From NCBI GenBank assembly GCA_019419445.1, contig DXZX01000005.1, positions 10,196-74,195 of the forward strand: 64,000 nucleotides of DNA, in the 5' to 3' direction. The notes under the pieces were generated by a model that worked only from the letters and a program-made list of their open reading frames with translations, was not told where the DNA came from and did not search any database. Position numbers and translations under genes: made by a program. Shown here one piece after another: positions 10,401-20,100 of this stretch. Position 1 is the first letter of the stretch. Every line of letters begins with the position of its first letter. This stretch comes from Collinsella sp. (lineage in GTDB: Bacteria; Actinomycetota; Coriobacteriia; Coriobacteriales; Coriobacteriaceae).

Positions 10401-11773
10401 CTTACCTGGAAGAGGGCCTTAATATTACCGTATGCGGGGTCGTTGTTGTTACCCCAGGTTTTGCCCACCCAATCGTAGGCGAGCGAGCCGTACAGCTGTG
10501 TGGCGATATCCATCGTGAACAGCGGCGTGCAATGGTGACGAAGCAGCTTGGTGTTTCTTGGATCGGTACCCGAACCGGCACTCATACTTTTGTACTGATT
10601 CCACTTCCCCTCCATCTCGTCGAGGTAGCGGTTTGCCTGCTTGGCGCCCGACTCGCGCGGCGATTTCTTCCAGTATTCCGGATCAGGGTTGCCCGAATCG
10701 TTCATATAGCTGGCTGGTTTGTATCCTCCGCCAAACAGCACGTACCCGGCAAACGAGAAATCGAACAAAATGGGGAACGAGGGCATCCAGCACGTGAACT
10801 TATTGCCGCCGATGCCGGGAAACGATGCGGGGAAATCAAACGGAGTGATCTCTTGGTCCATGGTGGTGGGAATGATGGTGGTCGAGCCCGATTCCGCCTT
10901 TGCGGCCGGCGCGGTGACAACGGCCATGGGGGAGGAGAGCGTGTAGGTTTTGCCCTGATAGTCGAGGACAAAGCGCAGCCTGCACCCTTCTTCCAGAAGG
11001 CCCGAAGCTGCATCGAGGAACGTGTCTTCGAGCGTGAACGTCGCCAGATTATCCGCGCCCGATGCGCTGGCCTTGACTTGGCCAATCTGCGTGACGGTTT
11101 CGGGTGAGCTGCCCGCAGCGGGCATCACTTTATTGATATGCAACGTTGCCTGCCCGCCCTGCGGCAGATGGGCCTGCACGGTAAAAGCGTGCGTGTCGGG
11201 CTGATCGTTTGCTGCTTCGTCCGCTGGCAATGCCATGAACGTGGCTTCAGCGTACTGGATGTCCCATTCGTCGAATGTGAGCTGGCGGAAGTACGGCTCG
11301 CCGTCGGAAAGCGGACGCGTGGGTGCGGTTATGGCGGTGCCGCCCTGGATACGCGCAAGGGGAATCTCGACATCACGGTAGCCCGCCATGCTAATGGAGA
11401 TGCCGCCGTTAAAGTCGTACGCGTCGAGAAGCGTTGCCTCGTCCACGTAGCCTTCCGAAAGAGGGGCGATCTCAAAGATGGCCGTGCCTTCTTCATCGGT
11501 AGTGGCGGTGAGCTGCTTGCCTGCGGCATAGCGCGATGTGAGCGTGACCTGGGCACCCGTGATGGGCGTATTCTTGTTGGCGACGTCGACCACGACCACA
11601 CCAAACATGGTGCGCGAGAGAACGAGCACCCTGAAAGGGTCTTTTTCGTCGGCATAAGCTTCGGTGGGCGCGAACGGCAATATGAAGGCGTTTGCGCTTC
11701 CCGGCACGCGCGGCAACATAATGCTCGCCAGCGAGGACGCTCCGGCAACAAGTAACGAACGGCGATCAAGCAT
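7406..11773 (-). CDS. Large surface protein with Tat-type signal peptide and C-terminal LAXTG sortase-like anchor
   Basis: Starts MLDRRSLLVAG after a GGGAG RBS. Ends with a Gly/Ser linker, LAGTGD, an Ala-rich TM helix and RR. About 1455 aa. Confidence 0.85.
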   Translation of the reverse strand: MLDRRSLLVAGASSLASIMLPRVPGSANAFILPFAPTEAYADEKDPFRVLVLSRTMFGVVVVDVANKNTPITGAQVTLTSRYAAGKQLTATTDEEGTAIFEIAPLSEGYVDEATLLDAYDFNGGISISMAGYRDVEIPLARIQGGTAITAPTRPLSDGEPYFRQLTFDEWDIQYAEATFMALPADEAANDQPDTHAFTVQAHLPQGGQATLHINKVMPAAGSSPETVTQIGQVKASASGADNLATFTLEDTFLDAASGLLEEGCRLRFVLDYQGKTYTLSSPMAVVTAPAAKAESGSTTIIPTTMDQEITPFDFPASFPGIGGNKFTCWMPSFPILFDFSFAGYVLFGGGYKPASYMNDSGNPDPEYWKKSPRESGAKQANRYLDEMEGKWNQYKSMSAGSGTDPRNTKLLRHHCTPLFTMDIATQLYGSLAYDWVGKTWGNNNDPAYGNIKALFQVRTDLNWTEQFTLGPVPFFLNVNPWVLAKLALAVGAHTHGSDAAFFKNISLDYSNTSGSFTIQIGLAVTFGAGVAGVASSAVRGAASLTLFIGYEKADGHQLPRLRVGADVDVDVILQFVMFKWTTKAWSGSWPTLIDSWNMSVNNGDQYVLQRSKLALGGDTPYTLDARFGTPGNIEAGGVPQFIASATIVTNAELLARAEVKATAVNAAPVVRDWDQAVTRIELEADAESDDTGQIEHFVHALIENDENAVPMYEYTYIGQATNAVADPNANSAGVSEDERGGIKPSSDNVLFTGVLSEAHMKLAIIAGVECLFRIASVRYGENGRSRLVVHAKTNGTWSAPTPVDFPLGFGESDVERDGIFDYDFDVVEYTDGRGNKDAYVLLVSGERPAGDNTLFDTVSTSGILSVVRLRISSDETRVISHTSWRSISRGRLQEDGYHCLQCPRITVGKTLVDGRLSGAYLHRRGTTAEKALGSEAEVALECFTLWSDVSGDSLTFRQVLRFPQAPSSIELGAPENINGKMVVPVAYETAGGCGCASYAVIGQSIAGWGVMSPDATVPHAVPWPQHTGFLATVNEQLQHITWARGTSAFATQPVGAAGCGPASFSVSNNGRCVLYVENTDGKVGQTYDEEGNPVAVMGKHFRIFASTLADDLFTEPFVMCELDHPVDQITTFLTSGSMLSALATHIVSAEKSEPELHGIEVPLVACATPTGAVATSGAVVPGAAGESFMVTVRNDGNTLLTAGTIDLYREGSSQPFSSASIGFGANTRMASIYDPELAEDASVNDMAHVKYALETLGTPFATHPLVADSGNAVLAPGCTAQFRMSFAIPESWSDEVGKRVTLYAKARNLVALDPVTLEENRPGANSALGAVLHELHVPDAACERSEVQVGVCDSADTTELHDAPMTADGDGGSSGGGSDGSGSGGGSSSGRGKDHGNNKRSGKAGALAGTGDVNVPLAAAAAALAAAGAGLVAYSARRTAFEKDTADEVNSDEPR

Positions 11774-11929
11774 CTTTGGCTCCCATCCCGCAGGTATCGG
11801 TGGAAATAATCCAATTTTGCGAGAAGGCATCCTGTCACGGTAGTGCCGTCCGAGGGCCAAAATGTCCAATTTGAGCGAGTGAAGCGCCGGGGCTCCGGGG
11901 CGCACGTGCCGCGCTAGGCAGTCTGGCTG

Positions 11930-12934
11930 CTAACGCAGCATATGCGCGACCAGTTCGGTGCGCGTGCCGATGCCAAGCTTTGCATACACGTTGGACAGTC
12001 GATTTTTAACGGTACCTGGCGACACGCCCATGTGGCGTGCGATTTCGGCGTTGGTCCATCCGCGGCAGGCGAGCATGGCCATGGTGAACTCCGTGGTCGT
12101 TAAATCGTCGGCAACGTCCTCGCCCGAATCGGGGTTGTGGATGCGCCGCCAGCCGTAGCTGAATCGATACGTAATCTCGATGATACGTGCGAAATCGTCA
12201 GGGTATTGCGATTTTAGGCATGCCTCGATGAGCCCCTGCAAAAGGCCGTGGTGCTCGCCAATGAGCTCGATAAGGCCGTCGGGGCGCGCAATGTTCCAAG
12301 CGGCTCCGAAGTGCGTTTTTGCGGCGTCGACGTCTTTGAGACTCATGCATGCCATGGAAGCTGCCAGGTGCAGGAACAGTTCCGAGATCGGATAGCTCCC
12401 CTGTTTCATGATCAGGGCGTTTTCCGCCATGCCCAGACTGCGGCCATATTCGCCGCGCAGGTACAGGGCATGCGCCATCACGTAGCTGGCGAACAGGCGC
12501 AGGCCTTCGGGCAGATGCGCCGCAAGCGGATAAAACTCTTCGGCAGAATACGGGGAAGACAAGTGCAGCAGGACGCTCGCGGCCGAGGCGAACAGGATAT
12601 GCGTGGCGTGGACGGCGGGTGATTCCTCGTCAGTTGGCGTATCGAGGATGCCCGCAAGACAACGGCGGGCGTCGGCGATACGGTTGAGCGACAGGCTGGC
12701 GTATCCGCAGATAAAGCATGCGGAATAGCGCAGTGCGGAATCGGTGGCGTCAAGATAGGGGCGCGCCGTCTTGGCAGCGAGGGCGGCCTGTCCGCGAAAG
12801 TACAGCGCTTCTGCCGTGGCGATGGTGCGTGAATCGGGGCCGGAAATGCCTGCAACCGCAGCGTCAATCTGCCCCGGCACAAAGGCAGTGCACATCAACG
12901 GCATGGGAACGCATGGGTAGCCATCGCAGTCCAT
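11930..12934 (-). CDS. LuxR-family transcriptional regulator (C-terminal HTH)
   Basis: LTTTEFTMAMLACRGWTNAEIARHMGVSPGTVKNRLSNVYAKLGI. Start at MDCDG after GGGAG. Confidence 0.88.
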   Translation of the reverse strand: MDCDGYPCVPMPLMCTAFVPGQIDAAVAGISGPDSRTIATAEALYFRGQAALAAKTARPYLDATDSALRYSACFICGYASLSLNRIADARRCLAGILDTPTDEESPAVHATHILFASAASVLLHLSSPYSAEEFYPLAAHLPEGLRLFASYVMAHALYLRGEYGRSLGMAENALIMKQGSYPISELFLHLAASMACMSLKDVDAAKTHFGAAWNIARPDGLIELIGEHHGLLQGLIEACLKSQYPDDFARIIEITYRFSYGWRRIHNPDSGEDVADDLTTTEFTMAMLACRGWTNAEIARHMGVSPGTVKNRLSNVYAKLGIGTRTELVAHMLR

Positions 12935-13002
12935 CTTCCATCTCCCAACAGCTGGCAACAATAGCAGCAATTGTACTCCTGTTGCTCGGGACCCCTTTCG
13001 TT

Positions 13003-14154
13003 TTACTGCTCGGTTGACGCTGCGGATCGTTTTGGAAGGCTTACGAGCATGGTGGTCCCGTTCTCGGAACTTGTTTCGACCTCTACCGTGCCACCGTGAA
13101 GCGCTGCAATCTCCCAAACAAGCGCTAGCCCGAGCCCTGCGCCGCCGTATGCCCTGCTGCGAGATTTGTCTAGACGAAAGAACGGCTGGAAGATGCTCTC
13201 TCGGTACTGCTTGGGTATTCCCGGGCCCTCATCTTTGACTCGCAGGAGCACGTGGCTGTCGCTGTCGCAGATGGAGACGTTGACAGTCGAGCCGGGGCGG
13301 CTGTAACGGATGGCGTTTTCGACCAGGTTGAACACCAGCCGATAGAGGAGCGTATCACTTCCGATTGTCAAAGCGTCTCCGGCGCAATCGAGGGTTACGT
13401 CCTTATTTTCGGCAAGTGGCGCAAGGTCGGTGAGGACCTCTTCGGACAGGGGACCGAGCTCCGCAGCGTCCCCGCAAGGGACGCTGCGGAGCTCACTCAT
13501 CTCGAGCAATACCTTGGTCATTCGAGACATGCGCTCGGTTTGTTCTTGTAACAGGCTGAGCAGCTCGGCTGTTTCGGGTTGCAAACCGGAGTGCTCGGAG
13601 ATGAAAAGTTCAATCTGTGCTTGCATAAGGGCGAGCGGGGTGCGCAGCTCGTGTGCGGCGTTGCCGGTAAACTGACGCTGTGCAGAGAACCCTTCGCCAA
13701 GACGGGCGATCATGTCGTTGAAAGAGGCGCTGCATCGCTGTAGCTCGGTGGGCACATCTTCACTGAGTCTGATTTCGCTTAGGTTGTCAGGCTGCACGCG
13801 CTCAACCTGGGCTGCAAAAGCTCGTAGCGGTTTGAGTGCACGGCCGCTCACAAAGTATGCCAGCACGCCGCCAAGGAGTGTGACTCCAGCCGTGATGCAC
13901 CAGGTTGTCGTGCCAAAAGACTCTTGTGCGTCGTTTACGACGATCATGACCTTGTCATCGAGGGCCGCTTTCGTTGGGTCGAACGCCTGGAGCGAATCTT
14001 CGCCGGTTGCGTTAAAGGCCGAGATGTCGCTGCCGATGGCATCCATGTAGCGCATGCCCGTATAGCCGACCAGGCAGTTCGTCAGCACGCATGCCGCACA
14101 CGTGAGCAGTGCCGTCATAATCGTTATGCGCCATTGCAGCGAAAGCCTTTTCAT
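13003..14154 (-). CDS. Sensor histidine kinase (HAMP-HisKA-HATPase)
   Basis: Two TM segments, AAHELRTPL, NLVENAIRY, DEGPGI, GAGLGLA. Confidence 0.93.
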   Translation of the reverse strand: MKRLSLQWRITIMTALLTCAACVLTNCLVGYTGMRYMDAIGSDISAFNATGEDSLQAFDPTKAALDDKVMIVVNDAQESFGTTTWCITAGVTLLGGVLAYFVSGRALKPLRAFAAQVERVQPDNLSEIRLSEDVPTELQRCSASFNDMIARLGEGFSAQRQFTGNAAHELRTPLALMQAQIELFISEHSGLQPETAELLSLLQEQTERMSRMTKVLLEMSELRSVPCGDAAELGPLSEEVLTDLAPLAENKDVTLDCAGDALTIGSDTLLYRLVFNLVENAIRYSRPGSTVNVSICDSDSHVLLRVKDEGPGIPKQYRESIFQPFFRLDKSRSRAYGGAGLGLALVWEIAALHGGTVEVETSSENGTTMLVSLPKRSAASTEQ

Positions 14155-14825
14155 TCGCTATCCTCCATAACGTAGCCCTCTCCAATCCGATTGCGAATCG
14201 GGTCGTATCCCAAAGCGCTGCGCAACTTTTTTCGGAGCGACGAGATGTGAACGCGGGTTGCGTTGCTAAAGCTGTTCACGGTGCTATCCCAAACGTGCTC
14301 TATAAGCTCCTCTTGGCTTACCGGTCGCCCCTGATTAAGCATCAGGTATTCCAAGATTCCCGTTTCCTTGCGTGTAAGAGATAGAGCCTCACTGTCCACG
14401 GAAGCGATGCGCGCCTTGGTGTCAAAGTTGAGCTTTCCGCAGGTTAATACTATGTCGCTTTGTGCGAAGCGCCTGAGGGTAAGGCTGCGGATCCTTGCCG
14501 CAAGTTCGTCCAGATGAAACGGCTTGGTAAGGTAATCGTTGGCGCCGGCATCGAGTCCGGCGACTTTATCGGATACTTCGCCACGTGCGGACAGAATCAG
14601 TACCTTGGTCTCGCAGTCGGTTTTCCTAAGTTCCCTGAGCACGGTCATGCCGTCGATACGGGGGAGATTGAGGTCGAGCACCACGAGGTCAAAGACTTCG
14701 ACGCCCAGCAGGTCGAGCGCCTCCTGTCCATCGTGACAGCAGTCGACGCTGTACGCCAAGTTTCGCAAGCTGCGCGCGATTGCATCGCACAGTGCTCGCT
14801 CGTCTTCGACGATCAAAATACGCAT
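14151..14825 (-). CDS. OmpR-family response regulator
   Basis: MRILIVED, LDLNLP, GANDYLTKPF, wHTH tail; ATGA overlap with the kinase gene. Confidence 0.93.
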   Translation of the reverse strand: MRILIVEDERALCDAIARSLRNLAYSVDCCHDGQEALDLLGVEVFDLVVLDLNLPRIDGMTVLRELRKTDCETKVLILSARGEVSDKVAGLDAGANDYLTKPFHLDELAARIRSLTLRRFAQSDIVLTCGKLNFDTKARIASVDSEALSLTRKETGILEYLMLNQGRPVSQEELIEHVWDSTVNSFSNATRVHISSLRKKLRSALGYDPIRNRIGEGYVMEDSE

Positions 14826-14912
14826 AACAGTCTCCTTGCACATTCCATATCGCGCTTAACACGGATTTTATAGCCGATATGGTCCAATGGTCGCGTAACG
14901 AAAGGAGTGGTC

Positions 14913-15062
14913 GTGTTGTTCAAAGCGGTAAAACCCGTGGTACAGGTCGCTTTGTTGATCGTCGGAATTACCATGGTGTGCTTTGGTGTTATGCGTGGCG
15001 AGGCGGATGCCGTGCTGGCCAAAGCGATTAGGCTGTGCTTGGAGTGTATCGGAATTGGATAA
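14913..15062 (+). CDS. CD1871A-family CXXC small membrane protein (49 aa, absent from the ORF track)
   Basis: AAAGGAG RBS then GTG; translation MLFKAVKPVVQVALLIVGITMVCFGVMRGEADAVLAKAIRLCLECIGIG*. Confidence 0.85.
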   Translation: MLFKAVKPVVQVALLIVGITMVCFGVMRGEADAVLAKAIRLCLECIGIG

Positions 15063-15966
15063 AAGAGAAAACACTGCGTCGCATGTTTTGGCCCGATTTC
15101 GCGGATTCATTCAGGCGGCGGCGACGCTGGTCACCAATATTCACCTGCCAAACTTTGCCAAAGGCGGCATCTATCAGGGCGCGGGAAAAACAGTCTGCGT
15201 ACCTGGGCTAAATTGCTATTCGTGCCCCGCGGCATCGGGTGCGTGCCCCATCGGGTCGTTCCAGTCGGTGGTAGGTTCATCCAAGTTCAACTTTTCTTAC
15301 TATGTTACCGGTACGCTCATTTTGCTCGGCGTGCTGCTGGGACGCTTTGTGTGCGGCTTTCTGTGCCCGTTTGGCTGGCTGCAGGAGCTGCTTCATAAGA
15401 TTCCCGGCAAAAAGTTCTCCACGAAAAAGCTCAAGCCGCTCACGTACATCAAGTACGTCGTGCTGCTGTTTGCCGTGGTGCTGCTGCCCGTCTTGGTGGT
15501 TAACGACGTGGGCATGGGCGACCCGTTCTTTTGTAAGTACATCTGTCCGCAGGGTGTGCTCGAGGGCGCCATTCCGCTGGCCATTGCCAATGCCGGCATT
15601 CGATCTGCGTTGGGACATCTCTTTACTTGGAAACTTGCCGTTCTCATTGCCGTGGTAGTGCTGAGCGTTTTGTTCTACCGCCCCTTCTGCAAATGGATTT
15701 GTCCACTCGGCGCATTCTATGCGCTCATGAATAGGGTGTCCTTGCTGGGGATTCAGGTCGATCATTGTAAATGCGTCTCGTGCGGCAAGTGCGCCAGGGT
15801 GTGCCAGATGGACGTGGACGTTACGCGTACGCCCGACCATGCCGAGTGCATTCGTTGCGGCAAATGCGTGGGCGCGTGCCCCGTCGATGCTATTAGCTTT
15901 CGCTGCGGGCTGGGTGTGACGGGCGACAGGCCCGCGCAGTCCACGCAGGCCTGCGAAAACAAATAG
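15055..15966 (+). CDS. 4Fe-4S binding membrane protein (NapH/MauN-like)
   Basis: CYSCP, CGFLCPFG, CKYICPQG, CKWICPLG and two CxxCxxCxxxC motifs. TTG start overlaps the small gene's stop. Confidence 0.88.
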   Translation: MDKRENTASHVLARFRGFIQAAATLVTNIHLPNFAKGGIYQGAGKTVCVPGLNCYSCPAASGACPIGSFQSVVGSSKFNFSYYVTGTLILLGVLLGRFVCGFLCPFGWLQELLHKIPGKKFSTKKLKPLTYIKYVVLLFAVVLLPVLVVNDVGMGDPFFCKYICPQGVLEGAIPLAIANAGIRSALGHLFTWKLAVLIAVVVLSVLFYRPFCKWICPLGAFYALMNRVSLLGIQVDHCKCVSCGKCARVCQMDVDVTRTPDHAECIRCGKCVGACPVDAISFRCGLGVTGDRPAQSTQACENK

Positions 15967-16001
15967 GTACCTATATAAGTTTCGATATAAACGGAGGAAC
16001 C

Positions 16002-16964
16002 ATGAAACTGTCAAAAATTGCGGCCTTGTTGATGCTGCCCGTGCTGGCGCTGACTCTCGCGGCGTGCTCTGCCCCCAAGGGCGACGCGAAGGATGCCACG
16101 AGCGGCGATGCGCAGATTGCCGAGCTTGTGGCACAAAAGCCGTCGAGCGCCGAGGAGGCGGCCAAGCTGTACCAGCAGCTGCTGCAAAAGGAAAACGAGA
16201 TCTTTGCGAGCGATAACGCCCTATGGGAAAAGGTGTTCCTTGCGGCCAACAAAGACACTCCCATGATTGAGGACGGCAAGAACTACGGCGACTTCTTGCT
16301 CGATACCATCGAGGGCGCCAAGGATCAGTTTGCGGCTGACGAGCTTAAGACGCTTAAGGCCGGCGCGCAGCAGGTCAAGGAGATCGAGGACAAGCTCATG
16401 GCGCTGGAGAAGGAGTTCCCCGGATGCGGCAGCACGCCCGGCGAGGGGGAGAGCGTCGATGCCTCGACCGCAGGCATGACCAACGGCGAGAGCGGGGAGA
16501 CGAAGTTCCCCAGCTTTAAGGGCAAGGACTTGGACGGCAACGATGTAAACAGCGACGAGCTGTTCTCCAAGAACAAGGTCACCGTCATGAACTTCTGGTT
16601 TACCACCTGCAAGCCGTGCGTGGGAGAGCTGGGCGATCTGGAGAAGCTCAACAAGGAGCTTGCCGAGAAGGGCGGCCAGGTCGTGGGCGTTAATTCCTTT
16701 ACGCTCGACGGCAAAAAAGACGAGGTGGCCGATGCCAAGGACGTGCTTTCCAAGAAGGGCGTGACGTATAAAAACATCTGGTTTAAGTCGGACAGCGAGG
16801 CCGGAAAGTTCACCTCCAACCTGTACTCGTTCCCGACCACCTATGTGATCGACCAGAACGGCAACATCGTGGGAGAGCCGATCATGGGCGGTATCAACTC
16901 TGCTGAGCAGCGCGAGGCGCTCAACAAACTGATCGATCAGGCACTCGCGAAGAGCGAACAGTAG
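16002..16964 (+). CDS. TlpA-family thiol:disulfide oxidoreductase lipoprotein
   Basis: Lipobox LAAC, NFWFTTCKPC, FPTTYVID; GGAGG RBS. Confidence 0.9.
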   Translation: MKLSKIAALLMLPVLALTLAACSAPKGDAKDATSGDAQIAELVAQKPSSAEEAAKLYQQLLQKENEIFASDNALWEKVFLAANKDTPMIEDGKNYGDFLLDTIEGAKDQFAADELKTLKAGAQQVKEIEDKLMALEKEFPGCGSTPGEGESVDASTAGMTNGESGETKFPSFKGKDLDGNDVNSDELFSKNKVTVMNFWFTTCKPCVGELGDLEKLNKELAEKGGQVVGVNSFTLDGKKDEVADAKDVLSKKGVTYKNIWFKSDSEAGKFTSNLYSFPTTYVIDQNGNIVGEPIMGGINSAEQREALNKLIDQALAKSEQ

Positions 16965-16978
16965 GTTCGAATGCGACA

Positions 16979-17015
16979 AAGGTGTGACAAAGGGGCAGTC
17001 CCTTTGTCACACCTT
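16979..17015. repeat. Palindromic element, family A (TGTGACAAAGGG-N5-CCCTTTGTCACA), copy 1
   Basis: AAGGTGTGACAAAGGG GCAGT CCCTTTGTCACACCTT. Confidence 0.9.
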
Positions 17016-17026
17016 CGATGTTATGT

Positions 17027-17065
17027 GCGGGATGGTGCGCCATGCGGCGTGCCGTCCCGTTTTTT
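17027..17065 (+). terminator. Intrinsic terminator after the TlpA operon
   Basis: CGGGATGGTGCGCC ATGC GGCGTGCCGTCCCG followed by T6. Confidence 0.75.
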
Positions 17066-17090
17066 GTTCGTTACATTTTTGTTCGTTACA
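17061..17090. repeat. Perfect 15-bp tandem duplication (TTTTTGTTCGTTACA)x2
   Basis: Read directly at 17061-17075 and 17076-17090. Confidence 0.9.
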
Positions 17091-17171
17091 TTCCTTGCTG
17101 GTACCGGCAAAAAAGCTGATAGAGTAGGTCAAACGCGTTGGATGCGAACGGCGGGGGAGAGGTTGCCGTCC

Positions 17172-20100
17172 ATGCTGGATCTCAGAGATATTTGCAAAAG
17201 GTACGTTACGCAGTCGTTTACGCAGGTAGCGCTCGACAGCGTAAGCCTGTCTTTTCGCGATAACGAGTTTGTAGCCATCCTGGGTCCCTCGGGTTCGGGT
17301 AAAACTACGATGCTCAACGTCATTGGTGGACTCGACCATTTCGATGCTGGCGATCTGCTGATCGATGGCATCTCGACCAAGGACTTCAGCGACCGCGATT
17401 GGGACGCCTATCGTAACAATCGCATCGGCTTTGTGTTCCAGAGCTATAACCTCATTCCGCATCAGACCATTTTGGAAAACGTGGAGCTGGCGCTTACGCT
17501 CACGGGCGTGGGGCGTGCTGAGCGCCGCCAGCGTGCGCGCGAGGCGCTGGAGAAAGTCGGCCTGGGCGAGCACGTTAACAAGCGTCCGAGTCAGCTGTCG
17601 GGCGGGCAGATGCAGCGCGTGGCCATTGCCCGCGCCCTGATCAACGACCCCGAGATTGTGCTGGCAGACGAGCCGACCGGCGCCTTGGATTCAACGACAT
17701 CCGTACAGGTCATGGACCTGCTCAAGGACGTTGCGCGCGACCGTCTGGTCGTCATGGTCACGCACAATCCCGAGCTGGCGTACCAGTACGCCACGCGCAT
17801 CGTCAACCTGGCGGACGGCAAGATCACCGACGATTCCGATCCTTTTGATGTTGCCAAGGCCGCGCGTCGCGAGGCTAAGCCTACGCGCAAAACCTCGATG
17901 AGCTTTGTGACGGCGCTGGGGCTTTCTGCTCGAAACCTCATGACCAAGAAGGGCCGTACGGCCATGACGGCCTTTGCGGGCTCGATTGGCATTATCGGTA
18001 TCGCGGCGATTCTGGCGCTGTCCAACGGCGTAAACGGCTACATCAAAAAGGTCGAGGAGGATACGCTCTCGAGTTACCCGCTTACGATCTCCAAGCAGGA
18101 CTACGACCTGTCGTCCATGATGGGCGGACATGAGGCTACCGATGAGGAGGTATCCAAGGGCGAGAGCTCGTCCGATGGCGCCACCGGTGGCAAAGCTAAG
18201 GGAACCGATAAGATTCCCGTGGTCACGGCCGTAAAAGATATGTTCGCAAGTGTTAAATCTAACGATATGACGAGCTTTAAGGCATGGCTTGACGGCGGCG
18301 GCGACGGTATCGACAAAGAGGTCAACGCCATCCAGTACGGCTACGGCGTGACGCCGGTTGTCTATCGTTCGAGCAAGGGCGACGAGAGACCCGTTCGGCT
18401 TGTTCCCAACGCTATGACCGAGGCCATGAGCGGAGGCGCGAGCTCGGCGGCAACGGTGAGCATGGATTCCATGGGGACCTCGGTCTTTAACGAGATGATT
18501 GACGACCAGAGCCTGCTCGACAGCCAGTACGATGTCGTTGCCGGCCATTGGCCCACGTCCGCCAACGAGGCCGTGATGGTGCTTTCGAGCCGCGGCACGG
18601 TGGGCGACTACACCCTCTATAGCATCGGCGCGCTGGATATCGATGAGCTCAACGACCTGGTCAACAGCGCCATGACGGCCGACGGCAAGGTCGAGACGCC
18701 CGAGACCGGCACCGACTTTACCTACGACGATGCGCTGTCCACGACGTTTAAGGTGTTGTCGCCGGCCGATGCCTATCGCAAAAACGAAGAGACCGGCATG
18801 TGGACTGACATGTCTGGCGACGCCGACTTTATGGCCGCCAAGGTTGCCGACGGCATTGACGTGCGCATTGTGGGCGTAGTGCGACCCAACGAGACGGCAA
18901 ACGCGAGCGCATTGTCTCCGGGCATTGCCTATACGCATGCGCTGACTCGCCAGCTTATGGAGCGTGCTGCCGATTCGCAGATCGTGCAGGAGCAGCTTGC
19001 CCACCCCGAGACGGATGTCTTTACGGGCAAAACCTTCGACGAGCTGCAGGGCGAGGCCAAGCAAGGCGTGGATTTGAGCAGCATGTTCAGTGTGGACGAG
19101 GCGGCGCTGAAGAGCGCGTTCTCACTCGATACGTCTGTGCTCTCGGGTGCGGCAGGTGGCATGGACCTTTCTGGTCTCGATTTGTTCGGGTTGGACATTG
19201 ACCTTTCGGGCGTTGGGAAGGGCATTGACTTCAGCGACATCATGGCCAAAGCGCCGGCCCCAGATTTCTCGGGCATCTTTGACGGTCTGGAACTCACACC
19301 CGAGCAAATGCAGCAGGTGGGAGCGCTAGCCAACCAGCTGTTTGAGGGCTTTATGCGCTCTGATCAGTTTAAGGCGCTGTCGCCCGAAGATCTTAAGGAT
19401 GCGTCAAAGCTTGCTGCCGCATTCTCAGCGTACCTTGAGAATGATGTCGCAGCCCAGCAATACCTGGCTCAGCTCAGGGCACTCGGCGGCGATGCCCTGG
19501 CCGAGCGTCTGCAGCAGGTGATGGGCGACTATGTGCAAAAGCAGCTGGCTCCGTATTTGCAGCAGTCTATGGATCAGGTGATGAAGGCGGTCAGCGAGCA
19601 GATTGCGACGACGGTATCAACCCAGCTCAAGGCGGGCGCGGCAGGGCTCATGGGCCAGATGGCGACGCAGATGTCTTCGAGTTTCGCCAACCTGGCGAGC
19701 GCTATGCGTGTGGATGCGAGCGCCTTTGCTCGTGCCATCCATTTCAACATGGACGCCGAGGACCTGAGCTCGCTCATGATGAGCTATGCCAAAGCGTCAA
19801 AGCTCACCTACGACAATAATCTGACCACGTTGGGCTATGCGGACGAGGCGGACCCCATCTCGGTCAAGATTTTCCCGCGCGACTTTGAGGCCAAGGAGCG
19901 CGTACTCGATCACGTCGATGCGTACAACAAACAGGTCAAAGCTGCTGGCCACGATGAACAGGCGATTTCGTACACCGACTACATGGGCATCATCATGGGT
20001 TCGGTGACCGACATCGTGAACACCATCAGCTTGGTGCTCATCGCATTCGTGAGTATCAGTTTGGTGGTGAGCTCCATCATGATCGGCATCATCACCTACA

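Noticed and set aside
16971..17171. ORF-track N-terminal extensions (also 21597-21878, 55498-55545, 57159-57584, 12935-13117)
   Set aside because: They run through repeats, terminators or neighbouring genes; better starts with an RBS or family-typical N-termini lie downstream.
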